This document shows positions 27,274 to 37,390 of a DNA stretch of 58,546 nt, one piece after another. The translations under genes were made by a program, and so were the position numbers. The DNA comes from Candidatus Fermentibacterota bacterium (GTDB lineage: Bacteria; Fermentibacterota; Fermentibacteria; Fermentibacterales; Fermentibacteraceae), in NCBI GenBank assembly GCA_012523605.1, contig JAAYTY010000056.1:1-58546 (forward strand), written 5' to 3'. The notes below the pieces were generated by a model. The model was not told where the DNA came from and searched no databases. It saw only the letters and a program-made list of their open reading frames with translations. Each line of letters begins with the position of its first letter. Within the stretch, counting starts at the first letter, position 1.

Positions 27274-30123
27274 GTGGAGATGGAGAGGCTCCGAAGCCGT
27301 GGCAGGGTGGCCGTCGTCACCGCGGGCCGCGTCCAGCTCGAGCGACTCGAGAGGGTTCTGCTCGATCGCTGCGGCATGCTCGCGAACGTGGAGTTCCTGC
27401 CCACGTTCCCGAAACTGGCGCGAAGGGTGCTTCCCGGGGCGGTTCTGGATGACGAGGCTCCAGGCGAGCTGGACAGGATCCTCATGGGACTCGCGGCCAT
27501 GGAAGCCGTTCCGCCGGACCTCCCCTACGGGAACCTTCGCGGCAGCGCGCGTGCGGGGAGTTCTCTCGCGGCCTTCCTCGAATCCCTCCTGGTAAGAGGG
27601 ATCTCCGACGAAGAGTATTCCGCGGCCCTGGACTCCAGGGCTTCTTCGAGACCCGCGACCCCCACGGAGGAATCGATCAGAATCGCATTCCCGGCTTATG
27701 CCGCCGAGCGCAGACGATGCGCGCCGCGATCGGCGGAGTCTCTCATCGAGGAGGCCGTGAAGGAGGGAGACTGGGCAAGGTTCGGAGCCATCGCGTTCTA
27801 CGGGTATTACGACATGAACCCTCTTCAGAGGAGGCTCCTGAGGGCCGCCGCCAGATCGGGGATGGTAGAGGTGTGCTGTTTCAGCCCCCTGCCCGCTGGA
27901 CTCCCGGAATGGGGCCGTCTGGGGACAAAGACCTCCGAACTCCTCTCGAGCATGGGCTCCGCTCCGGCGAGGCCGGATGCGAGGATCGCCATGGGGGCCT
28001 TCGGCAATCTGGCCGACGACTTGCTCGGCAGGAGGTCCGTGATGGAAGTGCCATCCGGTTTCGAGCTGGTGGACGCCCCCGGAACGAGCGCCGCGGCTCG
28101 CACAGCGGTCGACTTCGTCCGGACAGCCATGGCCGCTGGAACCTCCGCAGGGGAGATAGCCGTCTCGGGGCGCGATCCTGCGCTCAGGGCTTCGCTGCTC
28201 CTCGCCCTGGGCGAGGGCATTCCGGCAAGAGACTCCCTGGAGGCTCCCGCAGTCTCGCTGCCAGAAGGCGCCCTAGTCTCAGGCCTCCTCGAGGCACGCG
28301 AGGCGGACTACCATTTCCTGTATCTCGACAGGCTGGTCTCCACGGGCGCTCTGGACCCGCGCTTCGGGATCGACAGGAGCCTCATCGCCGGGCTGGTTTC
28401 GTCCACCGGCTGCAGATCCGGTCTGGAGGGCTGGATCGCGGCGGCATCCTCCCGGGCTTCCACCGATGGATTCCGGGAGTTCGTCGAAATCCTTGCCGGA
28501 ATGGAGGCTGGGCTGTCGAACGCGCGCTCGGCCGGCGACTTCTCGCGGGCCCTCTTCGATTCGGCGGCGGGGCTCGCCTTCGAGGGTTTGAAGAACCGCG
28601 TTTCCGGGCTGGGAAGGGATCTCCACCCGCGGTTCGACACCTCAATCGCCTCGGATCGGATGTCGGAGGCGATCAGGCTCGCTCTGTCGTCCTTCATGGT
28701 CAGTCTTGGAGGCTCGGAATCGGGGGTGCGCTTCCTGCCGCTCGAGGATCTCAGAGGCGCCCTTTTCGATGCAGTATGCATCGTCGGCGTCGACGAGGGC
28801 ATCATGCCCGGCATCCCGAGGGAGGATGCCAGGCTCCCCGCCGAGCTGGCCGAAAGGCTCGAACTGACCTCGAGGAAGGACCGGGAGAGGGAGGAGGCCT
28901 TTCTTCTCAGGCAGGCCATGGAGGCGGCCTCGAAGAGGCTGACCCTGGTCTGGAGAAGCAGGAGTCCGGACGGAGCGGTGCTGGAGCCCTCTCTGCTGCT
29001 CGACCCACTGCTCGCGTCCACGAGGGCCGTCGGTGATGCGGGCGGCGCCGGGACGCCGCGCTGGATGCGCAAGGCGTCCTCCAGCCCCGCTGAGGCGCTG
29101 TTCGGCGGAGTAAGACCCGGGCAGTCGGCTGTGCGGCTTCGCGACGGGGCTGATGTCCGGCTTCCGCCGTTCTTCGCGAGAGCCGAGGCTGCGGAGCGTT
29201 CCCGGGGCGTCACGTCCGGCTTCTCGGCGTGGGACGGCGATCTGGCCTCCGGCGGCGAGCGCCCGCCGATTCCCGGAAGGGTGCGCATAAGCAGTATCAG
29301 GGATCTCGCGGTCTGCCCGTTCCTGTTCATGCTGAGGAACATCTGGAAGCTGGAGGAGGAGCCCGCATTGGAGCTGAGCGTCAAACCCGACGCCTTGACT
29401 TTCGGCAGTCTCGTCCACGACGCTCTCAGGATCGTCTTCGCCGCATCCATCGAGGGACGGCCGGAGCCGGACACCGCCGACGCGGTAAGGAGGAGCGCGG
29501 AATCCCTCGGCTTCACCCGCACCGTGCCGGGAGGCATCGGGACCGTCGCGCTCGAAGGTGTCGCGAGGGCGGTGGACGAGTTCCGGGGCCTTCTGATCTC
29601 GTCCGGATGGCGTCCGAGGGAGGTCGAGAAACCGGTCCGCCACAGGTTCTGCGGTTTCGATCTCACCGGCAGGATAGATCTCGTCGCGACCGACGGGGAC
29701 GGCAGGGAAATCCTGATAGACTTCAAAACTGGCAGGCCCAGGAAGCGTGCGGAGTTCCTCGAGGATCTTACCGGGGGGAACGAGTTTCAGGTTCCCCTCT
29801 ACTCGATCATCAGAGAGAGCGAGGGCAGGGCTCCAGGGGCCATGGGATACCTTCATCTCGGGGTGAGCCCCGGGGAACAGCCGGTCATCTCCGCATCCGA
29901 GTTCGACTCCTTCAGGGAATCCGTTCTGGAGAGGCTTGAAGTTCTTCTCGGCATGCTCGAGACCGGCCTTCTGCCGCCCAAACCGGGGAGCGCTTGCCGG
30001 ACGTGCAGCTTCCCGTCGGTATGCAGGATATGGTCACGCGACAGGATAATGGGATTCAAGTGGCTGAACGACGAACGCACCCGCTCCGAGCCTCTCGAAA
30101 CGCCGGAACAGGAAGGACCCTGA
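27274..30123 (+). CDS. addB: AddB-type helicase-nuclease subunit (PD-(D/E)XK nuclease with Fe-S cysteines)
   Basis: The C-terminus has a RecB-nuclease motif (GRIDLVATDG..ILIDFKTG) and a Cys...CxxCx5C arrangement (AVCPF...CRTCSFPSVC). No intact Walker A motif was seen. The start is ambiguous: GTG 27274, ATG 27280, or CTG 27226 preceded by GGAG. It lies directly upstream of addA. Confidence 0.7.
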   Translation: MEMERLRSRGRVAVVTAGRVQLERLERVLLDRCGMLANVEFLPTFPKLARRVLPGAVLDDEAPGELDRILMGLAAMEAVPPDLPYGNLRGSARAGSSLAAFLESLLVRGISDEEYSAALDSRASSRPATPTEESIRIAFPAYAAERRRCAPRSAESLIEEAVKEGDWARFGAIAFYGYYDMNPLQRRLLRAAARSGMVEVCCFSPLPAGLPEWGRLGTKTSELLSSMGSAPARPDARIAMGAFGNLADDLLGRRSVMEVPSGFELVDAPGTSAAARTAVDFVRTAMAAGTSAGEIAVSGRDPALRASLLLALGEGIPARDSLEAPAVSLPEGALVSGLLEAREADYHFLYLDRLVSTGALDPRFGIDRSLIAGLVSSTGCRSGLEGWIAAASSRASTDGFREFVEILAGMEAGLSNARSAGDFSRALFDSAAGLAFEGLKNRVSGLGRDLHPRFDTSIASDRMSEAIRLALSSFMVSLGGSESGVRFLPLEDLRGALFDAVCIVGVDEGIMPGIPREDARLPAELAERLELTSRKDREREEAFLLRQAMEAASKRLTLVWRSRSPDGAVLEPSLLLDPLLASTRAVGDAGGAGTPRWMRKASSSPAEALFGGVRPGQSAVRLRDGADVRLPPFFARAEAAERSRGVTSGFSAWDGDLASGGERPPIPGRVRISSIRDLAVCPFLFMLRNIWKLEEEPALELSVKPDALTFGSLVHDALRIVFAASIEGRPEPDTADAVRRSAESLGFTRTVPGGIGTVALEGVARAVDEFRGLLISSGWRPREVEKPVRHRFCGFDLTGRIDLVATDGDGREILIDFKTGRPRKRAEFLEDLTGGNEFQVPLYSIIRESEGRAPGAMGYLHLGVSPGEQPVISASEFDSFRESVLERLEVLLGMLETGLLPPKPGSACRTCSFPSVCRIWSRDRIMGFKWLNDERTRSEPLETPEQEGP

Positions 30124-30124
30124 C

Positions 30125-33100
30125 TTGACGGGAGCGGATCTGGAGACACTCGGAGACGGCGTCTCGCGTCGCGCCATCGTCGCCGAGAGGTCGCGCAACG
30201 TGGCGGTGGAGGCGAGCGCCGGCACCGGCAAGACCCATCTTCTCACGAGCAGGGTGACAGGCATGCTGGAGGCGGGGGTTCCGGTGGACAGGCTGGTGGT
30301 CGTCACGTTCACCACTGCGGCGGCCGCCCAGCTCAGGTCGAGGATCAGGCGGGCCATAGCCGCGAGCTCGAACCTCCCGCCGGACCGGAAGATCGAGCAG
30401 ATGTCCCTGATCCCGTGCGCCTCGATAGACACCATACACGGATATGCATCGTCGATCCTGAAGCGGTTCGCCCATATCGCGGGCATAGACCCGGGTTTCA
30501 GCGTGTCGAAGGACGCCTTCACCAGGCGTGAGATTTCGCGCGTTCTCGACGGATACCTCCAGTCGGTGGACAGCGAGCTTCTCGCGGAATGCAGCTCCGT
30601 ACTGGTCCTGCTCGGCGGCAGGCTGCCGGGGATCATAGCCTCCCTCGCATCCCTCCCGGACTGGTTCGATGCCCCCGCCGCGAAGCTCTTCGGCCATGAC
30701 GAACGGGAACTCCGGATCCATTACTGGCTGGACCGCATGGACGAGTTGGTCTCGCTCTCATCCGGTGTGAATCACGAGGACGCTCTCAGAACCGCGATAG
30801 AGGCTTCGGCGTCAGGCGTGCGGGAGTCTCTGGGGACTCCGGACCTGGCGATCCGCCTGAGACAGATACTGAAGCCGATCCGGAGGAACCTGGGAAGCAG
30901 GCGGCACTGGGGAGACGCGGAGAGGCTCGAAACGGCGCGGGAGCTGGCCGACAGGGTGAAGAGGAACATGCCGTCGGCCCTGCTCGCAGGGCAGTTCATC
31001 AGGCTCGTGATGCCACTCGTGGAAGATCTCAGGAGAACGCGGCGCGACCGGCGATCGGGGCTCACCTACGACGACCTGCTCTGGTACTGCAGGAGAACCC
31101 TTGAAGAAAGCGCCGAGCTGAGACGCATCCTGCTGTCGGAGACCGACCACGTATTCATCGACGAGTTCCAGGACACCAGCGCCGTCCAGGCCGAGATCTT
31201 CAGGCTCCTGCTGGGGTCTCCTGACGGAACCATCTCCGGCGGCAGGCTCACGATCGTCGGAGATCGCAAGCAGTCGATCTACGGATGGAGGGCGGCGGAC
31301 CTGCCGTCGTACAGGCGCATGCAGAGCGAGCTGGAGCGGCAGGGGGCGCTGGTCTCGCCCATCTCGGTGAGCTTCCGGAGCACCAGGAATATTATAGACT
31401 TCGCGAACGCCTTCGGAAGGAACCTGTTCCCCTGCGAGCCCCTGCCGGAGGACTCCCAGGAATGCTCCTACTCCGATCTCCAGGCTCTCCGCGATGCTCC
31501 CGAGGGTTCTCCGGTGGAAATTTTCGAGACCCCGGAGGCCGCGAGCGCATCAGAGCGCAGGGACATCGAATCGGCCTGGCTGGCTGACTTCCTGGCCCGC
31601 GAGAGACAGGCGGGGAACGGGAGCGGCTGGGCCGTGCTGATGCGCACAAGGACCGACCTCGAGACATATGTCTCCCGGCTGGCCGCGAAGGGCGTCCCAT
31701 TCGTGATCGATTCGAGCAGGGATTTCAAGAGAAGGCTCGAGACGGGGGACATCAGGAATCTCCTCAGGTGCATGGCCTCGCCTTCGGACAGGTCGAGCCT
31801 GGCGGCCGTCCTCAGATCTCCGTTCTTCGGGATCCGCGACGCGGAGATCTCGGCCGCATTCGAATCCGGCCTACGATCCTTCGAGGAGCCTGCTCCTGGC
31901 GTTCCTTCCGCGGTCGGAGATGCCTGCAGGATGCTTTCCGTTCTCCGCTCCTGCTCACTGGGAACGACAGCCTCGGAGTTCATGCGGATCCTCCTGAGCG
32001 AGACCGCTCTGCCGGGGGTCATAAGCGCCTCGGGCTATGACGTTCCGCGGAGGCTGGCCAACCTGCAGTACCTCTTCGAGTGGTCGGTCGAGAACCGGGA
32101 GCTGTCCCTGGCCGACATCGCGGATCTTCTCGACGAGGATGGAGAGGGGGTGCAGTCGGAGATCGCTGAGCCACCGGCGGCTCCGGAAGACCCGGAATGC
32201 GTGCTCATCTCCACGATCCACAGGGCGAAGGGGCTCGATTTCGACAAGGTGATCTTTCTGGCAACGCAGGGAAGGATCTATGGGGCGCAGGACAGAGACG
32301 TGCTCGGATCGGACACTCTCGGAATGGCCGGCCTGAGGTTCGACGCCGAACTCAGATCCGCCGGCTACGAGAGGCTCGAGAAGAGGGAGCGCGAGCTGAG
32401 CATGGCCGAGAGCAGAAGGCTGATCTACGTGGCGATCACGAGGGCCAGGGCCAGGCTGATCGTTGTCACGGACCCCTCAGCGAAGAGCGGGACCATCGCC
32501 GGGATGTTCAGCAGTGTTCTAAGGAAGACTCTGGAGTCGAGCCCCGGCGTCGCGCGGGTCACCCGGATCGAGGAATCGGGTCCTTTCGCGAACGAGCCCG
32601 CGGAAGGACCTCCGCTGTCCGACGACGTCGTGACCGTCCCCGGGCTTACGCCGGTCCCGGTCATCGCGGGTGCGGAGATCCCGGCCGCCATGCTCCTGGG
32701 CTCGTGCGTGCATGCGGTCATGGAGAAGATAGATTTCGGCGATCCCCGCGGCTGGCTCGAGGAGCGTCTGCCGGCGATGAACCTGCCCCCGGAAGTGGAC
32801 AGGGAGGAGGTGCGGAGGCTGGCCGAAGCGTTCTTCGAGACGCCCGACCTGCCGTTCGAGCCTGGCGCCTGCTCCATCTTGGGAAGGGAGTTCCCGATCG
32901 TGTTCATGGAAGGCGGCAGGCCCCGGGAGCAGTACGTCGATCTCCTGGTCGAGCACGGGGGCACCCTCCACGCTATAGACTACAAGACGGACTCGGTCGA
33001 CGAGGACGGCATACGGGCGGCCATCGATGGACACGCCGCCAAGCAGACTTCCTACGGCACGCATCTCGCGGGGGCGCTGGGAAGGACGGTCGAGGTCCGT

Positions 33101-33184
33101 ATTTCCTTCCTGAAACCGCGCACCGCGAGGCTGGTGGGGCGGTTCCAACCGGGCGGCGACTTCCCGGATTCCGGCCTCGCCTGA
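30125..33184 (+). CDS. addA: UvrD/Rep-family helicase-nuclease AddA
   Basis: It has a Walker A motif (ASAGTGKT), helicase motifs (TFT..AA, DEFQDT, VGD.KQSIY.WR, TIHRAKGL, YVAITRAR) and a C-terminal nuclease motif (LHAIDYKTD). The TTG start lies 1 nt after the addB stop. Confidence 0.8.
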   Translation: MTGADLETLGDGVSRRAIVAERSRNVAVEASAGTGKTHLLTSRVTGMLEAGVPVDRLVVVTFTTAAAAQLRSRIRRAIAASSNLPPDRKIEQMSLIPCASIDTIHGYASSILKRFAHIAGIDPGFSVSKDAFTRREISRVLDGYLQSVDSELLAECSSVLVLLGGRLPGIIASLASLPDWFDAPAAKLFGHDERELRIHYWLDRMDELVSLSSGVNHEDALRTAIEASASGVRESLGTPDLAIRLRQILKPIRRNLGSRRHWGDAERLETARELADRVKRNMPSALLAGQFIRLVMPLVEDLRRTRRDRRSGLTYDDLLWYCRRTLEESAELRRILLSETDHVFIDEFQDTSAVQAEIFRLLLGSPDGTISGGRLTIVGDRKQSIYGWRAADLPSYRRMQSELERQGALVSPISVSFRSTRNIIDFANAFGRNLFPCEPLPEDSQECSYSDLQALRDAPEGSPVEIFETPEAASASERRDIESAWLADFLARERQAGNGSGWAVLMRTRTDLETYVSRLAAKGVPFVIDSSRDFKRRLETGDIRNLLRCMASPSDRSSLAAVLRSPFFGIRDAEISAAFESGLRSFEEPAPGVPSAVGDACRMLSVLRSCSLGTTASEFMRILLSETALPGVISASGYDVPRRLANLQYLFEWSVENRELSLADIADLLDEDGEGVQSEIAEPPAAPEDPECVLISTIHRAKGLDFDKVIFLATQGRIYGAQDRDVLGSDTLGMAGLRFDAELRSAGYERLEKRERELSMAESRRLIYVAITRARARLIVVTDPSAKSGTIAGMFSSVLRKTLESSPGVARVTRIEESGPFANEPAEGPPLSDDVVTVPGLTPVPVIAGAEIPAAMLLGSCVHAVMEKIDFGDPRGWLEERLPAMNLPPEVDREEVRRLAEAFFETPDLPFEPGACSILGREFPIVFMEGGRPREQYVDLLVEHGGTLHAIDYKTDSVDEDGIRAAIDGHAAKQTSYGTHLAGALGRTVEVRISFLKPRTARLVGRFQPGGDFPDSGLA

Positions 33185-33203
33185 AAGGGGCCCGCAACGA
33201 AGA

Positions 33204-33228
33204 GCGGGAGGGCCTGAGGCCCTCCCGC
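33204..33228. terminator. GC-rich hairpin between convergent addA and the C25 peptidase gene
   Basis: GCGGGAGGGC (33204-33213) pairs perfectly with GCCCTCCCGC (33219-33228) across a 5-nt loop. A T-rich tract follows on the plus strand. Confidence 0.5.
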
Positions 33229-33249
33229 AGGCGTCTTCTCCTATTCGCG

Positions 33250-35466
33250 CTACCTGATGACGGTCATCCTGGCGGAAGCAGAACTGTCGCCGGAAACGAC
33301 CCTGGCGAAGTACACTCCCGAGGCCAGTCCGCCGGTATCGATGCCGACCGACATCGTGCCGTCCATCTCTCCCTGGAACGGCCGAGCGACGATCCTTCCA
33401 GAGAGGTCGAACACCTCGACCGAAACAGCACCGCTGCCGGTGACGGTCAACGCTCCGCCGGAGGTCATCGGATTGGGACAGGAGATCGAGAGCGGAACGG
33501 GCCCGCCCGGGCCCTCACCGGTGCCCGTGCCGTTGACCGTGATGGTTCCGAGATAGGGCTTCCAGTCGTGGCGGCGCACCGTCACGAGCATAGTTCCCGT
33601 CGTCTCGGGCTCAACGTAGAAGGTGGCGCTCCCGCCGGAGGTCCAGCCCCGCTCGTACACCTCGTCACCCTTCCAGAGGCAGACGATAGCGTCGTCCAAG
33701 GCGCCCGCCACGGTGACCGTCACCGGGCCGGAGCCGCTGATGGAAGAGGGATGGGTGACGTTCATGGTCATGGGGATGCCGCCGGCCGGAATCCAGGTCC
33801 ACATCTCCGCCGAGGGGTCGCCCATGAGGTTGTAGCCCTCGAAGTAGTACTTCACGCTGCCGCCGCCCGAGTAGTAGGCGTAAAGGGCCAGCTTCCCTCC
33901 GTTGAGGAACCCCATCGACCAGAAGATGTCCTGCCCGAGGAAATAGTCGTACTCCCCGCGCTGCTGGATATCGTCCTCGTCCCAGTAGGTCGAGGGGACG
34001 GAGCCCCAGAACCACAGCCCGCCCCTGCCGGGCGTCCTCGTCCATGTCTCTGCCCAGCAGGTGCCCGTGGCGTACTCGCCCGTCAGGCAGGCGTGGGAGA
34101 TGACGCCGGGGAACATGTCCTCGTTGTCGGGCTGGTTGAAGTCGCTCGAGCCGAAGGCCATGTCGCCCCAGCTCGTCTGCGAGCCGTGGCCGGAGAACGT
34201 GAGCATCGACTCGCCCTCGTTGACGGCTGCCACGACGTCTTCTGCCGAGGCCCCGTATGTCACCGGATACAGCTTGTCGGCCGTGTAGCCCAGCGGCGTG
34301 CAGTATGTGTCTATGCAGTAGTTGTGCGTGCCCTCGGAGATGCCCGAGTTGTCGTTGCTGGCTATCCAGCCGGTGCTCTGCAGCCATGCGCCGGATCCGG
34401 AATAGCCCCACTGCTCGTATTCCACCAGCCTCTGAGCCATCAGCACGGCCTGTCCGGCGTTCTGCACCGAGAACCTGCCGATGAAGGCATCCGGCATCCA
34501 GCCGCCGTCGGGCAGGCAGACATAGTAGAGGTCGGTGACACCGGAGTATGCAGTCGCGGTGTTGCCTGGGATGAATCCCGTGTCGCCGACGAGGAGGACG
34601 TACTGCGGGGGCTCGGGCCAGTTCTGGAGGGCATTGATGATATAGGCCTCGATCTGCTCGGCGGTGCCGCCGGTCTCGGCGGTGGACACCATGGTCACCG
34701 GCCATCCGGATCTGGTCTTCCAGGTCACGAACTCGGACATGGCGGTGGCGTAGAAGTCCGGGTGGACTATCACGAGATACGCCCCCATGGGGGAATCGGT
34801 GCCGTCGAACGATTCGAAGGTCCCGTAGTTCTCGACAGTGGACGAGAGCAGCCGCTCGAAGCCGTCGGCCGCCATGCGGTCGGCTTCCGAAAACGTGCGC
34901 GCGAGGTCTCCGCCCTCGAAGTCCAGCCTTATTTCGGCGCCGGACAGCACGTCGACCGTCCGGGTGGAGGGGTTCCAGCGAACGGGCAGGACCTCCACGA
35001 GCGCGAGATGCCGTCCGCGCATCATGCCGGCGTCGACGACCCTGACCCATTCGCAGGGCCAGGCCTGACCCTCGATGTACACAGAGGGGTCGAATTCGAG
35101 GATGCAGGAGCCCCTGGGCTCGCTCTTGGGAACGGAGGGGAGGCCGGGTTCGACGGGCGAGCCGCCCGGGACGTCGAACGTCCCGGTACGGGCGATAGTC
35201 ACCGACGTCCGCACTTCGGCGCCTATCGGAACCTCTATCCACATGCGGTACACGGGAAGCCTGGGCAGACCCGTCTGAGCGAGGTTCTCGGCCCCCTCGA
35301 CCGCTATCGTAGCATAGAAGCCGCCCGAGAGCTGCGTAAGTCCGAAGACGGGAGCCGGGGTCTCCAGCGACAGCGTCATGCCATCTGGCCCCGACTCCAG
35401 GACGTCGATGCCCGCGGCCATGACGGACCCGGCCAGCAGAGCCGCCATCAAGAGAAGAGCCTTCAC
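33250..35466 (-). CDS. Gingipain-like cysteine peptidase (family C25) with T9SS-type C-terminal sorting domain
   Basis: It has a signal peptide, catalytic-type motifs (FSGHGSQTSWGD for His, ISHACLTGEY for Cys), and the C-terminus VEVFDLSGRIV...GVYFARVV...RMTVIR. The GTG start at 35466 follows a GGAAGGAG SD. Confidence 0.75.
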   Translation of the reverse strand: MKALLLMAALLAGSVMAAGIDVLESGPDGMTLSLETPAPVFGLTQLSGGFYATIAVEGAENLAQTGLPRLPVYRMWIEVPIGAEVRTSVTIARTGTFDVPGGSPVEPGLPSVPKSEPRGSCILEFDPSVYIEGQAWPCEWVRVVDAGMMRGRHLALVEVLPVRWNPSTRTVDVLSGAEIRLDFEGGDLARTFSEADRMAADGFERLLSSTVENYGTFESFDGTDSPMGAYLVIVHPDFYATAMSEFVTWKTRSGWPVTMVSTAETGGTAEQIEAYIINALQNWPEPPQYVLLVGDTGFIPGNTATAYSGVTDLYYVCLPDGGWMPDAFIGRFSVQNAGQAVLMAQRLVEYEQWGYSGSGAWLQSTGWIASNDNSGISEGTHNYCIDTYCTPLGYTADKLYPVTYGASAEDVVAAVNEGESMLTFSGHGSQTSWGDMAFGSSDFNQPDNEDMFPGVISHACLTGEYATGTCWAETWTRTPGRGGLWFWGSVPSTYWDEDDIQQRGEYDYFLGQDIFWSMGFLNGGKLALYAYYSGGGSVKYYFEGYNLMGDPSAEMWTWIPAGGIPMTMNVTHPSSISGSGPVTVTVAGALDDAIVCLWKGDEVYERGWTSGGSATFYVEPETTGTMLVTVRRHDWKPYLGTITVNGTGTGEGPGGPVPLSISCPNPMTSGGALTVTGSGAVSVEVFDLSGRIVARPFQGEMDGTMSVGIDTGGLASGVYFARVVSGDSSASARMTVIR

Positions 35467-35718
35467 CGTTTCTCCTTCCGCTCGTGCGAAGTGAAATGGA
35501 ACATGAGGAATGGCCTATCTTTCAAATACAGAATAGCCTCCGGGTCTGCGGCAGTCAAGAAACCGCCGGCGGCAATAATATCGGCTTCATGAAGATAACC
35601 CTTCTGACCGGAAGCCCGTTCCCGGCGCTTTTCCCGGAGCTCGACGGTCTTGCTGCGCGAAGGTCGGACAGCGGCGGAAACGGGAAAATCCGCAGGCGGG
35701 GAACGGACGGACCCGTGT

Positions 35719-36660
35719 CTATGAAGACTCGAACTGCCGCGCGAGGTGCTCCACCGTGAGGCGCAGGCCTTCGTCGAAGCCGACTAAGGGCTCGAAGCCC
35801 AGCCTCTCGCGGGCCAGGGAGATGTCGGCGAGGCTGTCGCGGATGTCGCCCGTCCGCTCCGGGCCGTGAACGGGCGCGAGATCCGTTCTTCCCAAGAGTT
35901 CCAGGATTCCGCGGGCCATCCTGTTCACCGAGATACTGCCTCCGCAGGCGATGTTGAACACCATGCCCGCCACTCCCGGCGTCTCTGCGGCGAGCAGGTT
36001 CCCCCTGACCACGTTGTCTATGAAAGTGAAGTCGCGCGACTGTTCTCCGTCTCCGTATATCCGCGGAGGGCTGCCCGAGAGGACCAGTCTCGTGAAGAGG
36101 GGGATCACCGCAGCATACCGGCTCTCCGGATCCTGCCTCGGCCCGAACACGTTGAAGTACCGGAGGCAGACCGTTTCCAACCCGTACACCGCGTGGAACA
36201 CCTGGCAGTACTTCTCCGCGGCCAGCTTGCCCACCGCGTAGGGCGACATCGGACGCGGCGGCAGGCTCTCGCTCTTGAGCTTTTCCGGAGCGTCGCCGTA
36301 GATGGATGAAGAAGAGGCGAACAGCACGCGCCTGACGCCTTCCGCACGAGCCGCCTGAAGGACGTTCAATGTCCCGCCCACGTTCACATCGTTCGAGGCG
36401 ACGGGATCGGAGATCGAGCGGGGAACGCTCGGCAGGGCGCCCTGGTGGAACACCACCTCCACGCCCTTCATGGCCCGCGCCACCGCCTCCGCATCCCTTA
36501 GGTCGGCCTCGTGGACCTCCAGCCTGCCCTCGAGCCCGGCCAGGTTCACGCGTCTTCCAGTGGAGAAGTTGTCGAGAATCCGGACCTTCCTGCCCGACCG
36601 AACCAGCTCGTGCGCGATGCTCGAGCCTATGAACCCTGCGCCTCCGGTCACGAGATCCAA
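35719..36660 (-). CDS. NAD-dependent nucleotide-sugar 4-epimerase (SDR, WbpP/TviC-like)
   Basis: Motifs seen: [18 protein letters not shown] and YAVGKLAAE. It lies 4 nt downstream of larB. Confidence 0.7.
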   Translation of the reverse strand: MDLVTGGAGFIGSSIAHELVRSGRKVRILDNFSTGRRVNLAGLEGRLEVHEADLRDAEAVARAMKGVEVVFHQGALPSVPRSISDPVASNDVNVGGTLNVLQAARAEGVRRVLFASSSSIYGDAPEKLKSESLPPRPMSPYAVGKLAAEKYCQVFHAVYGLETVCLRYFNVFGPRQDPESRYAAVIPLFTRLVLSGSPPRIYGDGEQSRDFTFIDNVVRGNLLAAETPGVAGMVFNIACGGSISVNRMARGILELLGRTDLAPVHGPERTGDIRDSLADISLARERLGFEPLVGFDEGLRLTVEHLARQFESS

Positions 36661-36664
36661 CCCG

Positions 36665-37390
36665 CTACCTCCTGTGTCCGCGGAGAATCCGCAGCAGGGC
36701 CGCCGCGGCTCCGAGCCCGTTGTCGATGTTCACTACCGTCACGCCCGGAACACAGGAGTTGAGCATCGCGAGCAGGGCGGAGAGCCCCTCGAAGGCCGAT
36801 CCGTATCCAGTCGAGGTGGGAACGGCGACGAGGGGGATACCGACCAGACCGCCGAGCACGCTGGGCAGAGCCGCATCCATTCCCGCCACAGCTATGCAGG
36901 CCCCGCAGCCCTCTATGCCGGGCAGGGCTTCGCCCAGCCTGTGGATGCCCGCCACCCCGACATCGTAGAACCGCCTCACTACCGCCCTCATCTCCTCCAG
37001 AACGAACGCGGCCTCCTCGGCGCTCCGGAGGTCGGCGGTGCCGGCCGAAACGATCGCGACCGCAGGCTCCCCGCGTGGCCGGGGCCTGCTTGAACGGCCT
37101 ACCGCGAAGGCCATCGCCCTCTCGCACAGCCTTCCTTCGGGAAAGGCCTCACGGAGGGCCGATACAGCCTCCCCGTCCAGCCTTGTGGCGATCGCATGCC
37201 CGGAATGCTCCATCAGGACTCGCGCTATCTCCACGATGTCGGAGGGGGTCTTCCCCTTTCCCAGTATCACCTCCGGCAGAGGCTGCCGAGTCCCGCGAAG
37301 CACATCCACGCGGGCGAAGCCCAGCCCTTTCACCGAGGAGCCGGAGAAAGCCGCCTCAGGGCGCCCGCTTCCGTGACTCCCGCGGGCCAT
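36665..37390 (-). CDS. larB: LarB, pyridinium-3,5-biscarboxylic acid mononucleotide synthase (AIR-carboxylase-like)
   Basis: Motifs seen: GFARVD..R..R...PEVILGKGKT, IVSAGTADL and VAGMDAALPSVLGGLV..PLVAVPTS.GYG. The ATG at 37390 follows GAGGGGGGG. An alternative ATG lies at 37414. Confidence 0.75.
   Translation of the reverse strand: MARGSHGSGRPEAAFSGSSVKGLGFARVDVLRGTRQPLPEVILGKGKTPSDIVEIARVLMEHSGHAIATRLDGEAVSALREAFPEGRLCERAMAFAVGRSSRPRPRGEPAVAIVSAGTADLRSAEEAAFVLEEMRAVVRRFYDVGVAGIHRLGEALPGIEGCGACIAVAGMDAALPSVLGGLVGIPLVAVPTSTGYGSAFEGLSALLAMLNSCVPGVTVVNIDNGLGAAAALLRILRGHRR

Noticed and set aside
27274-33184. The helicase-nuclease pair could be a phage-defence system.
   Set aside because: The motif content (a UvrD-type helicase with a RecB nuclease domain, plus a partner with a RecB nuclease domain and four Fe-S cysteines) is that of housekeeping AddAB recombination repair. 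No associated methylase, ATPase or effector genes are present.
35484-35759. A 91-aa plus-strand ORF lies in the 252-bp gap between the C25 peptidase and the epimerase genes.
   Set aside because: It has no SD or recognisable motif and an Arg/Gly-rich tail, and it overlaps the 3' end of the epimerase gene. The gap is more likely the promoter/leader of the C25 gene, whose GGAAGGAG SD and GTG start lie at 35466.
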